Below, in pieces: positions 46,705 to 56,169 of a DNA stretch of 64,000 nucleotides. The stretch spans positions 28,548 through 92,547 of the forward strand of contig JACQJR010000001.1 of assembly GCA_016204995.1 (NCBI GenBank), written 5' to 3'. The position numbers and the translations under genes are program-made. The notes under the pieces were generated by a model, which saw only the letters and a list, made by a program, of their open reading frames with translations, ran no database searches and was not told the DNA's origin. How positions within the stretch are numbered: the stretch's first letter is position 1; each line of letters begins with the position of its first letter. Source of the DNA: Candidatus Microgenomates bacterium (GTDB lineage Bacteria; Patescibacteriota; Microgenomatia; UBA8517; JACQJR01).

Positions 46705-49608
46705 TTAGGCAATTTTGGTGACTTTAAATTCACTGCCTGGTTGCAAATCAACGGCCATTGTTTTAGCTTTAATCCAGTTAATTAATTTAATATCCTTTGG
46801 CAAACCAGGCATGGTCACGACTATTTTATCAGTCAAACCTAAACTAAGTCTTTTTCTCTCTTCCTGAATTAAACGGACCAGCTCACGAGCTTGACCTTCG
46901 GCTAAAAGTTGGGGAGAAATTTTGGTGTTAAGAGAAACCGTAATTTTATCTACCCTCTTTTTCTTCCACACCACTTCTTTAACATTTAATTCTTCTGCCA
47001 ATAATTCCAAGAAAGAAGCGCTGGGAGATTTAGTGGGAGCAGCCACTGTGGCGCGGCTTAAAGGCTGACGAACGCGAATCTGATTGGCTTTTCTGGCAGC
47101 GTGTCCGGCCTCAACTGCTTCTCTTACTTGTTTCATCTCATCTAGTATTATTTGTTCGCGACTTTCCAGTTCCGCGACCTCCGGCCAATCTTCTAAATGG
47201 ACAGATTCACGGGAGGTAAGTTTAGTAAAAATAGCTTCTGACATAAAAGGTAATAGGGGAGCCAAAAGCCGGCACAAAGTGACTAAGACAAAATAAGTCG
47301 TCTGATAAAAATTTTCTTTGTCGTTTATGTTGGTGGAGGATGGGCCTACACGGTCGCGAGATCGCCTGATATACCAATTAGATAAATCCTGGACAAAATT
47401 CTCAATCGCTATAGCTCCAGTTGCTACCTCATATTTTTCTAAACCCTCCGTATTTATTTTAACGACTTCTTTAAGTCTGGCCAAAATCCACTTATCCAGT
47501 ATGTTATTGGACATTGGCCATTTAGCATTGGACATTAAACTTGGCTTCCAAGCATCGAAGGTGGCGTAAGTCACAAAAAAGTTGTAAACATTCCACAAGG
47601 GCAAATGGAAACTACGTCTGGTTTCGTCGGCAATTTTGTAACCGAATAATAAATTTTTGGCCGGGTCTTGCTTAACATACATCCAGCGCATCACATCCAC
47701 CCCAATTTTGTCTGCACCCTCATTAAATTCAATGGCATTACCCCAAGATTTATGCATCGGCCGGCCGTCTTCAGCTAAAACTGTTCCATGCCCAAGAACA
47801 TTTTGAAAAGGAGCAGTGCCAGCTAAAACCGTAGACATCGCCAGCATGGAATAAAACCACCCCTTAAACTGGCCTGGAAAACTTTCCGTAATAAAATCAG
47901 CCGGAAACCATTCTTTGGGCAAGGTAGAAAAAGGCACAATCCCGGCGTCCAGCCAAGGATTACCCACATCCGGTATTCTGGAAACAATTTCATGACACTT
48001 CTCGCAAGCTATCTTTACTTGATCAATATAGGGTTTGTGCGGGGAATGGCCGGTAAATTCTTTCCACCCCTCAACAGCTTTTTCTTTTAGCTCCCCCAAA
48101 CCACCAATCACTGTAAAGTAACCACAGGCCTGGCACTTCCAAATTGGCAAAGCCAATCCCCAATACCTTTTTTTGGAAATCATCCAGTCGTCCATGTTCC
48201 TGATCCAATCCAACTCCCGTTCCCGGCAAAATTCTGGCAACCAATTAATACTTTTGGTAATCTCGGTCATTTTATTTCTAATTGGATCCATCGCAATGTA
48301 CCATTCAGGTACCGCCCGAAAGACCAATTCTGTCTCGCAGCGCCAACAAACCGGATAACGGTGAGTATACTGCTCTTCTTTTAATAAAAAGCCATTTTCA
48401 TTTAAGGCTGCAATAATCGGTCGGGGATTGCCAGCTGCTTTTCCCGAAAATTCGCCAAAGCCAGGTAAAAAGATGGCTCCCTCATCAATGGCCAAAATCA
48501 TTGGTAATTTTTCGCGCTTAGCCAGCACAAAATCTTCGTGCCCTGCCCCCGGAGCGATATGGACCAAGCCTGTCCCCTCTTCTTCGGTGACTAACTCTTC
48601 CCCACCTACTACCCGATGGAAGGAACGGGGATTTTCCAGTTTCACTTTCTGGACAGCTGGTAAATTATCAAAAGGGCTTTGGTAGGTAACATTAACCAAC
48701 CGCTCCCCTGCTAATTCTTCCAATACTTCTATATTTGGCCCTGCCTGCGCAGGCAAGCCTAAAACCGGAATAATTCGGGAACGAGCCAGATAGTAAATAT
48801 CATTTCCTACTTTCACCCGACTATAAATTAACTTGGGATTAACGGCAATCGCCACATTGGCTGGCAAGGTCCAGGGAGTGGTAGTCCACACCAATAGATA
48901 TTCATTATTTCTACCCACAATCGGATACTTAACTGTGACGGCCGTATGCGTTAATTCCTTGTAGCCTTCAGTTAAAATTTCATGATTGGAAATGGCGGTG
49001 GCGCATCTTGGACACCATGGCACACTATCTACTCCTTCATAAATTAGACCGCGCTCGTTCGCTACTTTCAAAAAGTGCCAAATCATGTAGTTATTTTCGT
49101 CGCTCATCGTGTTGTATGAATTATCCCAATCCATAAAGTAACCTAATCTTTTTGATTGATCAGTCTGTATCGCGGAAAATTTTCTCACTCGTTCTTTACA
49201 CAATTCCACGAATTTGGCAATGGAAGCAAAAGTGTTGCCTTTGACTAAATTTTCAATATCCTGTTTACTCTTGAGCCCCAACTCCTTTTCCACGTTAACT
49301 TCCACCCATAAACCTTGCGCGTCAAAACCGTTTTGAAAACGTTGTTTAAACCCCTGCATATTTTTATATCTTTGCCAAACATCTTTATAAGTTCTACCCC
49401 AACCATGATGGACGCCCATTGGATTATTAGCGGTAATTGGTCCATCCAGAAAACGAAAGAGTTTTTTACTCTTACTATTTTTCGCTAGATATTTTTTAAA
49501 AATACCGGCTTCATACCAATGAATCATCAGTTCCTGCTCCATCTTCGGAAAATCAGGATTTGCCGCCACCGGCTCAAAACCAGAACCATTTTTGCTTTTT
49601 TTAGCCAT
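46705..49608 (-). CDS. ileS: Isoleucyl-tRNA synthetase
   Basis: The 967-aa product has a HIGH-type motif (PMGVHHGWGRT), a KMSKS-type motif (KSWGN region) and a CP1 editing domain. Confidence 0.95.
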   Translation of the reverse strand: MAKKSKNGSGFEPVAANPDFPKMEQELMIHWYEAGIFKKYLAKNSKSKKLFRFLDGPITANNPMGVHHGWGRTYKDVWQRYKNMQGFKQRFQNGFDAQGLWVEVNVEKELGLKSKQDIENLVKGNTFASIAKFVELCKERVRKFSAIQTDQSKRLGYFMDWDNSYNTMSDENNYMIWHFLKVANERGLIYEGVDSVPWCPRCATAISNHEILTEGYKELTHTAVTVKYPIVGRNNEYLLVWTTTPWTLPANVAIAVNPKLIYSRVKVGNDIYYLARSRIIPVLGLPAQAGPNIEVLEELAGERLVNVTYQSPFDNLPAVQKVKLENPRSFHRVVGGEELVTEEEGTGLVHIAPGAGHEDFVLAKREKLPMILAIDEGAIFLPGFGEFSGKAAGNPRPIIAALNENGFLLKEEQYTHRYPVCWRCETELVFRAVPEWYIAMDPIRNKMTEITKSINWLPEFCRERELDWIRNMDDWMISKKRYWGLALPIWKCQACGYFTVIGGLGELKEKAVEGWKEFTGHSPHKPYIDQVKIACEKCHEIVSRIPDVGNPWLDAGIVPFSTLPKEWFPADFITESFPGQFKGWFYSMLAMSTVLAGTAPFQNVLGHGTVLAEDGRPMHKSWGNAIEFNEGADKIGVDVMRWMYVKQDPAKNLLFGYKIADETRRSFHLPLWNVYNFFVTYATFDAWKPSLMSNAKWPMSNNILDKWILARLKEVVKINTEGLEKYEVATGAIAIENFVQDLSNWYIRRSRDRVGPSSTNINDKENFYQTTYFVLVTLCRLLAPLLPFMSEAIFTKLTSRESVHLEDWPEVAELESREQIILDEMKQVREAVEAGHAARKANQIRVRQPLSRATVAAPTKSPSASFLELLAEELNVKEVVWKKKRVDKITVSLNTKISPQLLAEGQARELVRLIQEERKRLSLGLTDKIVVTMPGLPKDIKLINWIKAKTMAVDLQPGSEFKVTKIA

Positions 49609-49819
49609 AATAACTTATTTCGAGCGCAAGCGAGAAATATACTTTTCCGCTTGCGGAATACCACGTCCTTGAGCGTGGTAGTTTATTTTACACGATTAAT
49701 AGCCTTCTTGGGAAGCACAGATTGGCCATTCCACCGATACTTACCTTTCGCCTTAGTAGATTTCTACTGTGGCTCAAGGGGCGTTATCCCGGCGGATGCG
49801 GGCCAACTAATTTAGATAG

Positions 49820-50200
49820 TTGGCCCTTGACATGAGTATGCAAATCTTATTAATGTTAAATGTGGTTACTGAAGTAAAACCATCGATTGCCTTATCGGAT
49901 TTAGAGGTTGATCTTAACAGTTATTTTAGGCACGAAGAAATAGAAGGACGCCCCATTGGTTTTACCCATCATGGTTCTCTTTTAGATAGCATCGCCCGAT
50001 CTTATATCAGTTTAGAAACAGAACACAATTCAGTTGTCCAGGAAATTTTAGAATGGTCCTTTAGACAATTGGAACAAGAGGAAGAATTTATGAATAAAAG
50101 TCGGGAGTTAATCTTGGAAATGGCGCAAAGATTGCACGACTACGTGCCACAAAAAATGGGGTGGAATAAGTATCAACCACAAAATGGTTCCTGCCAGTAA
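49820..50200 (+). CDS. Hypothetical protein
   Basis: The track ORF uses a TTG start. In-frame ATGs at 49832 and 49838 are the more plausible starts. No motif was recognised. Confidence 0.3.
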   Translation: MALDMSMQILLMLNVVTEVKPSIALSDLEVDLNSYFRHEEIEGRPIGFTHHGSLLDSIARSYISLETEHNSVVQEILEWSFRQLEQEEEFMNKSRELILEMAQRLHDYVPQKMGWNKYQPQNGSCQ

Positions 50201-53191
50201 AATAAATCCCAGATACTCCAGATATTGAGGAAGAAAGATAATAGTTATGAGTTCAGAGTTATGAGTTATGTTCGGATTTATCACCCAACCATTGGACCAA
50301 TTATTGATTAACACATGATCCTTAATTTCTTTGCCAAATATCATTGGTAGTATTTGACATTGGTCATTGGACATTAGACATTGATAAGCTTTCCATCCGG
50401 CATTATAAGATTGTGACAATACTAAAGTTCCCCTGGAAGGGGCCCCTTCGGGGCCGGATTTCCCTGTCATATCCACCTCGTACATGGATGGATTAGGATG
50501 AGAAGAATTTACTGGAGAAAGGCTCATGGGCTGTGGCCCTGAAAGGGCCCCTTCGGGGGCTATTAGGTTATTAGAAGGAAGAAGAACTAAACTAGTAAGA
50601 AATTTATAAGGAATAGGGTTAACAGTAATTTTCCCTAGATCGTTAACTGATTTATCGCGGCCAATAGAAATATTGTCTAAATGAATTGTATAACCCAGGC
50701 CGTCAGATTCCATCGGAGGCTGAATGAAGTAGCTGGTCGTTGGTCGTTGGTCATTGGTCGTTGGCAAGTATGATTCCAGATCGGAGCGGCGGGAGTTGAG
50801 ATTTTCCAGCCAAAATAATAAAGTTTTACCAGCCACATGGCGGCTGTCAACTGAAATTAAATAGGATAAATTATGCGGCAAATTTGGCAGATAAAAAGCA
50901 GCGCTGCAATTATTAGCATCTTGAGCTGTTAATCGCATAACGCCATCTATAATCTCATTTTCCACGCTCCCGCCCGGCTTATTATTGCAATTTTTCGCTT
51001 CTCCCACCTCATTTACTGGATTAATTTCAGCACTAAAATAACCTGTTACTTTCGGCACCCTGATACTAATTTGGCGACCATCAAAATAAACATCTTGCAA
51101 AAGAGAATGGGAAATAGATAAATCATTGGGGTCAACCCACATTAAATCTTGCGGATTAATTTTAGAAACATCTAAAAAGTAGTTTTCAAATCCTTGGGGC
51201 AAAGTTTTTTTAAACAAAAAGTAATCTCCATGGTCTTCAACGGTAAACTCTCTATCCATCTGTCGTTTTCCTGTAAAAAGGGATCTAAAAGGATAATAGA
51301 GGTTAGAGCTTAGAGCTTGGATATTAGAATCGGAAACATAATGGCCGTTGTCTATAAAAGCCTGGTCGTAATTATTCCATTTGTAAGTTGGACCGACATT
51401 AGGCAAATTTTGCCCTAGATATAAATAATTTTTAACCGGCGTATTTAAATTAACTTGATAAACCTTTAACTTACCTAGGGTTTGCACCAAACTTACTTTG
51501 TCATAACCAGCTAACATACTTTCCAGTTCATCATTAAAAAGCGCCTTAGGCGCTGAAGGGTTAATGATATTTTCATCAATTAAAATCCAATTAATTTGGT
51601 ATTTTTCCAAAACGTTTTCTAATAAATTTAAATTTTTAGAATAAACAGCGTATGAAGCTTCCCAATAATAATTTTCATTTTGACTACTCCAGGGATCAAA
51701 AGCCCGATCTAAAATCGGCTGTTCTATGCCATACCACAAAAATCCAGAACCACTGTAGCCCCATTGGTAAAAATTCCAGCTCCAAAAAGTATGTTGAGGA
51801 AAGTTGGCAATCCGAGTATTAGGATTTTCTTTTTTAAAAAAATCGGCTAGTTGGAAATACTCATTAGGTATGCTTACTCTTTCCCGGTCATAAAATAAAT
51901 GTCCTTCAAGTATAGGTAAAGTAAAAATAATTACAGCCTCAATTGCCAGTAAACTGCCTAAAATTACTAATTTTTTATTTTTAAAATATCCCAATATCGT
52001 TTGCAGACCGATGGTAAAAAATATGGCATAAGTGAGAGCAGTTAAAATGGAAAACTTGGTAAAAGCAAATCTGAAAGCTTGGTCAAATAAAGGAATTTGT
52101 CGAAATAAGTTATCTATCCAGGAAAATGGCGGTGTGGAAATTACCAGCATAGTAAAAGAAAAAATAAATAAAATCGCAAAGGCTCTAAGAAGTGGTTTCC
52201 TTTTTATAAAAGCAGTCAATATTCCCACTAGAATTACGCCAAATAAAAAGTAGCCTAAAGAAGTAATCCAGGGATTTGCCAAATGATCCCGCCAGTTTGC
52301 CAACATATAAACATAATTCCCTTGGCTATCTGGCTCAACATTGTTAAACCAAAATCCTTTCAGTAGCATTACGTCTTGGGCATGACCAAACTCTTTATTT
52401 TTTAGAAATATTTCCTCAGTAGAAATTTGATTAATGACGGCATTTAAATTAACTTGAGAATTGGTTAAAGTAAAATAAAGAAAAGGTAGCAACCAGAAAG
52501 AGTTTACTAAGATAACCAGCAAGAAAGCTCTAACGCCATTAAAAAAAATGGATTTTTTTCTAATGAATAAACATAAAGCGCAAAATAAAATACCTATACT
52601 TAATAAATAAGTGACAAATAAAGTTGGCACATAAGCAGCCGGAGTAGCCAAGATAAGCGTTAGAATAAAAAGCAGCAAATTTTTTCTACGTGGGTTAAAA
52701 AATACATTAATAAAAGTTAATAATAACCAAGGCAAGAAAGCAAAATGGGCTGTAAACACTTCAAAAGGAGTATAAAAAGCCTGAACTGTGGCTAAATTAA
52801 AAAGATAAAAAATACCGCCAATAAAAGGTAAAATCGGATGGTAATTATTTTTAGGTAATAACCTTCTGGTTAAATAATAAGCGCCGACACTGCCAGTCAT
52901 TAACATCAAAAAAGTCCATAAATAACGCAAGCCTGACAAGGGTGTTATAAACGACGAGATATAAAGAGTAAATTGGTGGACTAAATCGGCCGCATGCCCC
53001 ATTCCCCCTAATAATCCCAATCCTTGATATTCCTGCCAAACGGCAAAAATAGAGCGCTTAAAATTAAAACCAAAGGAAAATTCCGGATGTAAGTTATCTC
53101 CACCGCTTAAGAAGGTATCTGGCTGCCAATTTAAAATAAAAATTATTGCACAGACTAAGATAAAAAAAATAATAGGCAATATCCGTTTCAT
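50108..53191 (-). CDS. Giant polytopic membrane protein, GT-C-fold / YfhO-like putative glycosyltransferase with a large extracytoplasmic C-terminal domain
   Basis: The 1027-aa product has more than 12 N-terminal TM helices, then a roughly 550-aa soluble domain and a final TM helix. It is adjacent to a GtrB/CsbB-like GT2. Its 3' end contains two in-frame GC-rich mini-elements and heptamer-repeat low complexity. Confidence 0.4.
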   Translation of the reverse strand: MKRILPIIFFILVCAIIFILNWQPDTFLSGGDNLHPEFSFGFNFKRSIFAVWQEYQGLGLLGGMGHAADLVHQFTLYISSFITPLSGLRYLWTFLMLMTGSVGAYYLTRRLLPKNNYHPILPFIGGIFYLFNLATVQAFYTPFEVFTAHFAFLPWLLLTFINVFFNPRRKNLLLFILTLILATPAAYVPTLFVTYLLSIGILFCALCLFIRKKSIFFNGVRAFLLVILVNSFWLLPFLYFTLTNSQVNLNAVINQISTEEIFLKNKEFGHAQDVMLLKGFWFNNVEPDSQGNYVYMLANWRDHLANPWITSLGYFLFGVILVGILTAFIKRKPLLRAFAILFIFSFTMLVISTPPFSWIDNLFRQIPLFDQAFRFAFTKFSILTALTYAIFFTIGLQTILGYFKNKKLVILGSLLAIEAVIIFTLPILEGHLFYDRERVSIPNEYFQLADFFKKENPNTRIANFPQHTFWSWNFYQWGYSGSGFLWYGIEQPILDRAFDPWSSQNENYYWEASYAVYSKNLNLLENVLEKYQINWILIDENIINPSAPKALFNDELESMLAGYDKVSLVQTLGKLKVYQVNLNTPVKNYLYLGQNLPNVGPTYKWNNYDQAFIDNGHYVSDSNIQALSSNLYYPFRSLFTGKRQMDREFTVEDHGDYFLFKKTLPQGFENYFLDVSKINPQDLMWVDPNDLSISHSLLQDVYFDGRQISIRVPKVTGYFSAEINPVNEVGEAKNCNNKPGGSVENEIIDGVMRLTAQDANNCSAAFYLPNLPHNLSYLISVDSRHVAGKTLLFWLENLNSRRSDLESYLPTTNDQRPTTSYFIQPPMESDGLGYTIHLDNISIGRDKSVNDLGKITVNPIPYKFLTSLVLLPSNNLIAPEGALSGPQPMSLSPVNSSHPNPSMYEVDMTGKSGPEGAPSRGTLVLSQSYNAGWKAYQCLMSNDQCQILPMIFGKEIKDHVLINNWSNGWVINPNITHNSELITIIFLPQYLEYLGFILLAGTILWLILIPPHFLWHVVVQSLRHFQD
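50435..50560 (-). repeat. Two copies of GC-rich palindromic mini-element B inside the 3' coding region of the 1027-aa membrane protein gene, both in-frame
   Basis: The copies are GGAAGGGGCCCCTTCGGGGCCGG (50435-50457) and GGCCCTGAAAGGGCCCCTTCGGGGGC (50535-50560). They translate as ...GKSGPEGAPSRG... and ...APEGALSGPQ... Confidence 0.7.
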
Positions 53192-53199
53192 GAAATCTA

Positions 53200-54099
53200 T
53201 TAAAGTTGGACGGAAGAATTGAAGGTTAATTGCGATAATGAAGAGTTGTGATAACGAACAAAATTTAATTTTCTAAATATTTTATAAAGAAAGAGCGTGA
53301 GTTTTGTAGGCATTAATAAAACTGCCACTGCTTGGATAAAAGTAATAACTAAACCTTGCCAATCAGGTTTATACCCATATTGAAAAATAGCTCTCAGCCT
53401 GGCCACTAGAGTTAAAAAGAAAGTTTGGCGAATATTTATCAAAGAGCTGTTATGTTGATGTATCCTGTAACATAAAACCACATCTGGTAAATTTTCTACC
53501 TTACCATATTTAAAAAGTTTAAAGATCAATTCTACTTCTTCAGCCGTGTTCATGCCATCACGATAATATTCAAAATTTTTAGGCAGTCTTTGCGCAGCAA
53601 TCATTAACGTTGGCTGCTGCACTGGAATAAATCTAAAAATATAACGGTAAATGTCACTAAAATCTGTGGGAAATATTTTCTTGCCGGTAATGCGTGAATC
53701 CTTATCTATTATTAAACATTGTCCACCCACTGCTACTGTTTCATGATGACGACTTAGATATTTAACTTGTTTTTCTAGCCGGTCAGAGACCGCCACATCA
53801 TCCGCATCCATCCGGGCAATAAATTCGCCTTTGGTTTTACTAATTACTTTCTTAACTGTTTCAGAAATTCCCAAACGGCGCTTATTTTGTAGCAAGATAA
53901 TATTGGAATGTTTTTTTTGGTAACGTTTAATAATCTCGCGCGAATTATCGTTTGAAGCATCATCAATGATCAAGAACTCAAAATTTTTATAGGTTTGATT
54001 TAAAATACTCTCTATGCTTTCCGCCAAAAATTGACCGGCATTATAAACCGGCATCACCACCGAAACCAATGATTGTCTTTTCCGCATATCATCCCTCAA
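53200..54099 (-). CDS. Family 2 glycosyltransferase of the polyprenyl-phosphate sugar synthase type (GtrB/CsbB/DPM1-like)
   Basis: SVVMPVYNAGQFLAESIESILNQTY...LIIDDASND...DADD is the GT2 core. There is a C-terminal hydrophobic hairpin (LVITFIQAVAVLLMPTKLTLFLYKIF), as in GtrB. Confidence 0.65.
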   Translation of the reverse strand: MRDDMRKRQSLVSVVMPVYNAGQFLAESIESILNQTYKNFEFLIIDDASNDNSREIIKRYQKKHSNIILLQNKRRLGISETVKKVISKTKGEFIARMDADDVAVSDRLEKQVKYLSRHHETVAVGGQCLIIDKDSRITGKKIFPTDFSDIYRYIFRFIPVQQPTLMIAAQRLPKNFEYYRDGMNTAEEVELIFKLFKYGKVENLPDVVLCYRIHQHNSSLINIRQTFFLTLVARLRAIFQYGYKPDWQGLVITFIQAVAVLLMPTKLTLFLYKIFRKLNFVRYHNSSLSQLTFNSSVQL

Positions 54100-54301
54100 C
54101 TTTAGCTACCACTTTTGGTGATGGATAAAGGAAAGGGGAGAGAAAGGTAAGCAGGTGACAAAAACGAAGGAAAATCGCATGAAGCGATATTGATTGTCTA
54201 GCAATTAGACAATTTTTCCTTGTTTCATCAACTACCTATTTATCCTTTCTCTCCGGGGCGCATGAAGGAGTGAGTGTTATCTCACAAAGCTACCCCACTA
54301 A

Positions 54302-55288
54302 TCAGTTGGAACATGCTCGGGCTTTGGCTACCTCGGCTGGCCAGTAATTAACAACACCATCTGTGACAGTGCCGTCTCCCGAAACCTTCTCAAGGTAGCA
54401 GTTCTGGTAGGTTCTTCCACCCATGTTGATGGTATAACCATAAACTGCTTCGCCGACCCGAAACTTAGCTGTACCACCAGAATCAGCAGAAGTTCTGCGA
54501 TTTTGACAGTTAACCGTAGCGCAATTCTGATTCGTAGTCGAACTTTGAGCAGGGGGCTGGGCAGTAGCGCTCGCAGATGACTGTTGTTTACCAGAACTGG
54601 CACAGTTAGAAAATCCCGGTGTACCGCAGGGAGGACTCTGAATGGGTGAACCCCACTGCGGAATATCCTCATACTTCTTGGCAGGACAGTTGTAATTCTT
54701 TTCCTGCTCGTAAGCATTTTGGACTGCCAAAGTTTTAGTCCACCCAACAACGTCACCCGGCCAGACATCGTACAACGTCACGTTGGCGTTGACGATATTC
54801 AGATCCTCGAACCAGCTGTTTGGCCCCAGTATGACGAGAGAACACCTACCATTGGAACTGGCATCAGCTACCTTGCCGCCTTTGGCCCAGGAAATCTTGA
54901 CGCCTTTGACAATGCCTACTTGAACGACATCTCGTCCAAGTACATCACTGTAGTTCCCCCTAACGCCGACATCCCAGACACAGCCTCCTTGAGCATTAAG
55001 CTCCGGACCGCATGATTGGCTGTACCGTTCGTTAGGATTGAAACTGGCACCGACTGCTGTCTTACCGGCTACTGGAGTAGGTGTACCCTTATCCGTAACA
55101 GGAGATGGCATTGTGTATGTTGCCGTTGGTGTCATTGTGCCGCCATTACCTGCTGGGTTGGCTGCTTGGGTTTGGGAAGTGGCTGGTTTTGGACTGGCAA
55201 AGACAGTATTGGCAAGTGTCCACCAACCAACTCCAATCACAATCCCAACCGCTAGAATAGAACCGACTATAATCCTAATCAAACCCAT
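54302..55288 (-). CDS. Secreted Cys-rich, Thr/Pro/Gly-rich protein of unknown function
   Basis: There is an N-terminal TM/signal segment, a TP-rich linker and at least 12 Cys. The locus is noticeably more GC-rich than its neighbours. The overlapping track ORFs on both strands are judged spurious. Confidence 0.4.
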   Translation of the reverse strand: MGLIRIIVGSILAVGIVIGVGWWTLANTVFASPKPATSQTQAANPAGNGGTMTPTATYTMPSPVTDKGTPTPVAGKTAVGASFNPNERYSQSCGPELNAQGGCVWDVGVRGNYSDVLGRDVVQVGIVKGVKISWAKGGKVADASSNGRCSLVILGPNSWFEDLNIVNANVTLYDVWPGDVVGWTKTLAVQNAYEQEKNYNCPAKKYEDIPQWGSPIQSPPCGTPGFSNCASSGKQQSSASATAQPPAQSSTTNQNCATVNCQNRRTSADSGGTAKFRVGEAVYGYTINMGGRTYQNCYLEKVSGDGTVTDGVVNYWPAEVAKARACSN

Positions 55289-55477
55289 TGCTGTTTCCTC
55301 CTTACTAAATTTTTGCGCCCCCTCCTACAGAGGGCAAAATACAGGGGCAAGTTTACCCCCATAAGAGGGGAGCAAAATTAAAGAAGGATTTATGCGCCCA
55401 CTTGTTAAAGTGCTCCTCGCTTGGCTCGGAGTAAACTATGCTAATCAGCTTGCTCTAAGTTTTAACGAGGAAGAGAG

Positions 55478-56113
55478 TTAAGCTCTCTTAAATTTCAATA
55501 AGTAGAAACTGGTAAGCAAGGAAACCGTTGCAGAAGCGATCACGAAGATCCAGCTCTGGTTTCCGGTAGGAGGCAATTTTTTGGCAGGTACCGGCGCTGC
55601 TTTTCTTTCCAAACAAAGTTGAGCTGTATCTTTATCTTTTTGATTATCGCCACTTACTTCAGCCGCATTGACTACGCAGATTAAGTTTTTGTTAGTTGGA
55701 AATTGCTTATCTTCTACAACTTTGGCCTTAATTTCCCGCTCTTCTGTTTTTCCTACTGTTAAATCACTAATGTCAAAGTTTAAAGAGCCGCCAGCTAAAG
55801 TCAGCATAGAAGGTAAAGTATCAGCTACATTCACTTTGGCAAAAGTGGCATCACCGACGTTTTTAATTTGTAATTTGAAAGTTACCTCTTCGCCTGGAGC
55901 AAAGCGGTGGTCATTGAGTCCTAAATTATCCACGAATTTTTTCTGGATTGGATCCCACACCATTTTATTAATTTGCAGTTCTCCGGTTTTGACGCAGACT
56001 TCACCGCCGCCGTATTGGGTTTCGCAGCGGACTGCAGCTAGAGCGGGTTTAATAACAAGGAATGCAGAGAGAGCGAGGGCAATTACTGTAAGTGTAAATT
56101 TATAGGCTACCAT
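55478..56113 (-). CDS. Cell-surface protein with a C-terminal LPXTG-type sorting signal (LPPTG + hydrophobic segment + KFKRA tail)
   Basis: There is a signal peptide. The ending ...KKLPPTGNQSWIFVIASATVSLLTSFYLLKFKRA is a classic sortase-substrate tripartite signal. Confidence 0.6.
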   Translation of the reverse strand: MVAYKFTLTVIALALSAFLVIKPALAAVRCETQYGGGEVCVKTGELQINKMVWDPIQKKFVDNLGLNDHRFAPGEEVTFKLQIKNVGDATFAKVNVADTLPSMLTLAGGSLNFDISDLTVGKTEEREIKAKVVEDKQFPTNKNLICVVNAAEVSGDNQKDKDTAQLCLERKAAPVPAKKLPPTGNQSWIFVIASATVSLLTSFYLLKFKRA

Positions 56114-56169
56114 CTTTACGGGTGGCAGACCGTTAATAACTAATACTCTAAGTCATGAAAGCTCATTTG

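Noticed and set aside
49609-49819. T-box riboswitch upstream of ileS
   Set aside because: No recognisable T-box consensus or specifier-loop architecture is visible. It is retained only as an unspecified structured leader in the findings.
54328-55364. Multiple overlapping ORFs on both strands (54328..54768 -, 54719..55015 +, 55016..55255 +, 55038..55364 +)
   Set aside because: This is a GC-rich segment, so stop codons are rare in all frames. Only the 328-aa minus-strand ORF has a signal peptide and protein-like composition.
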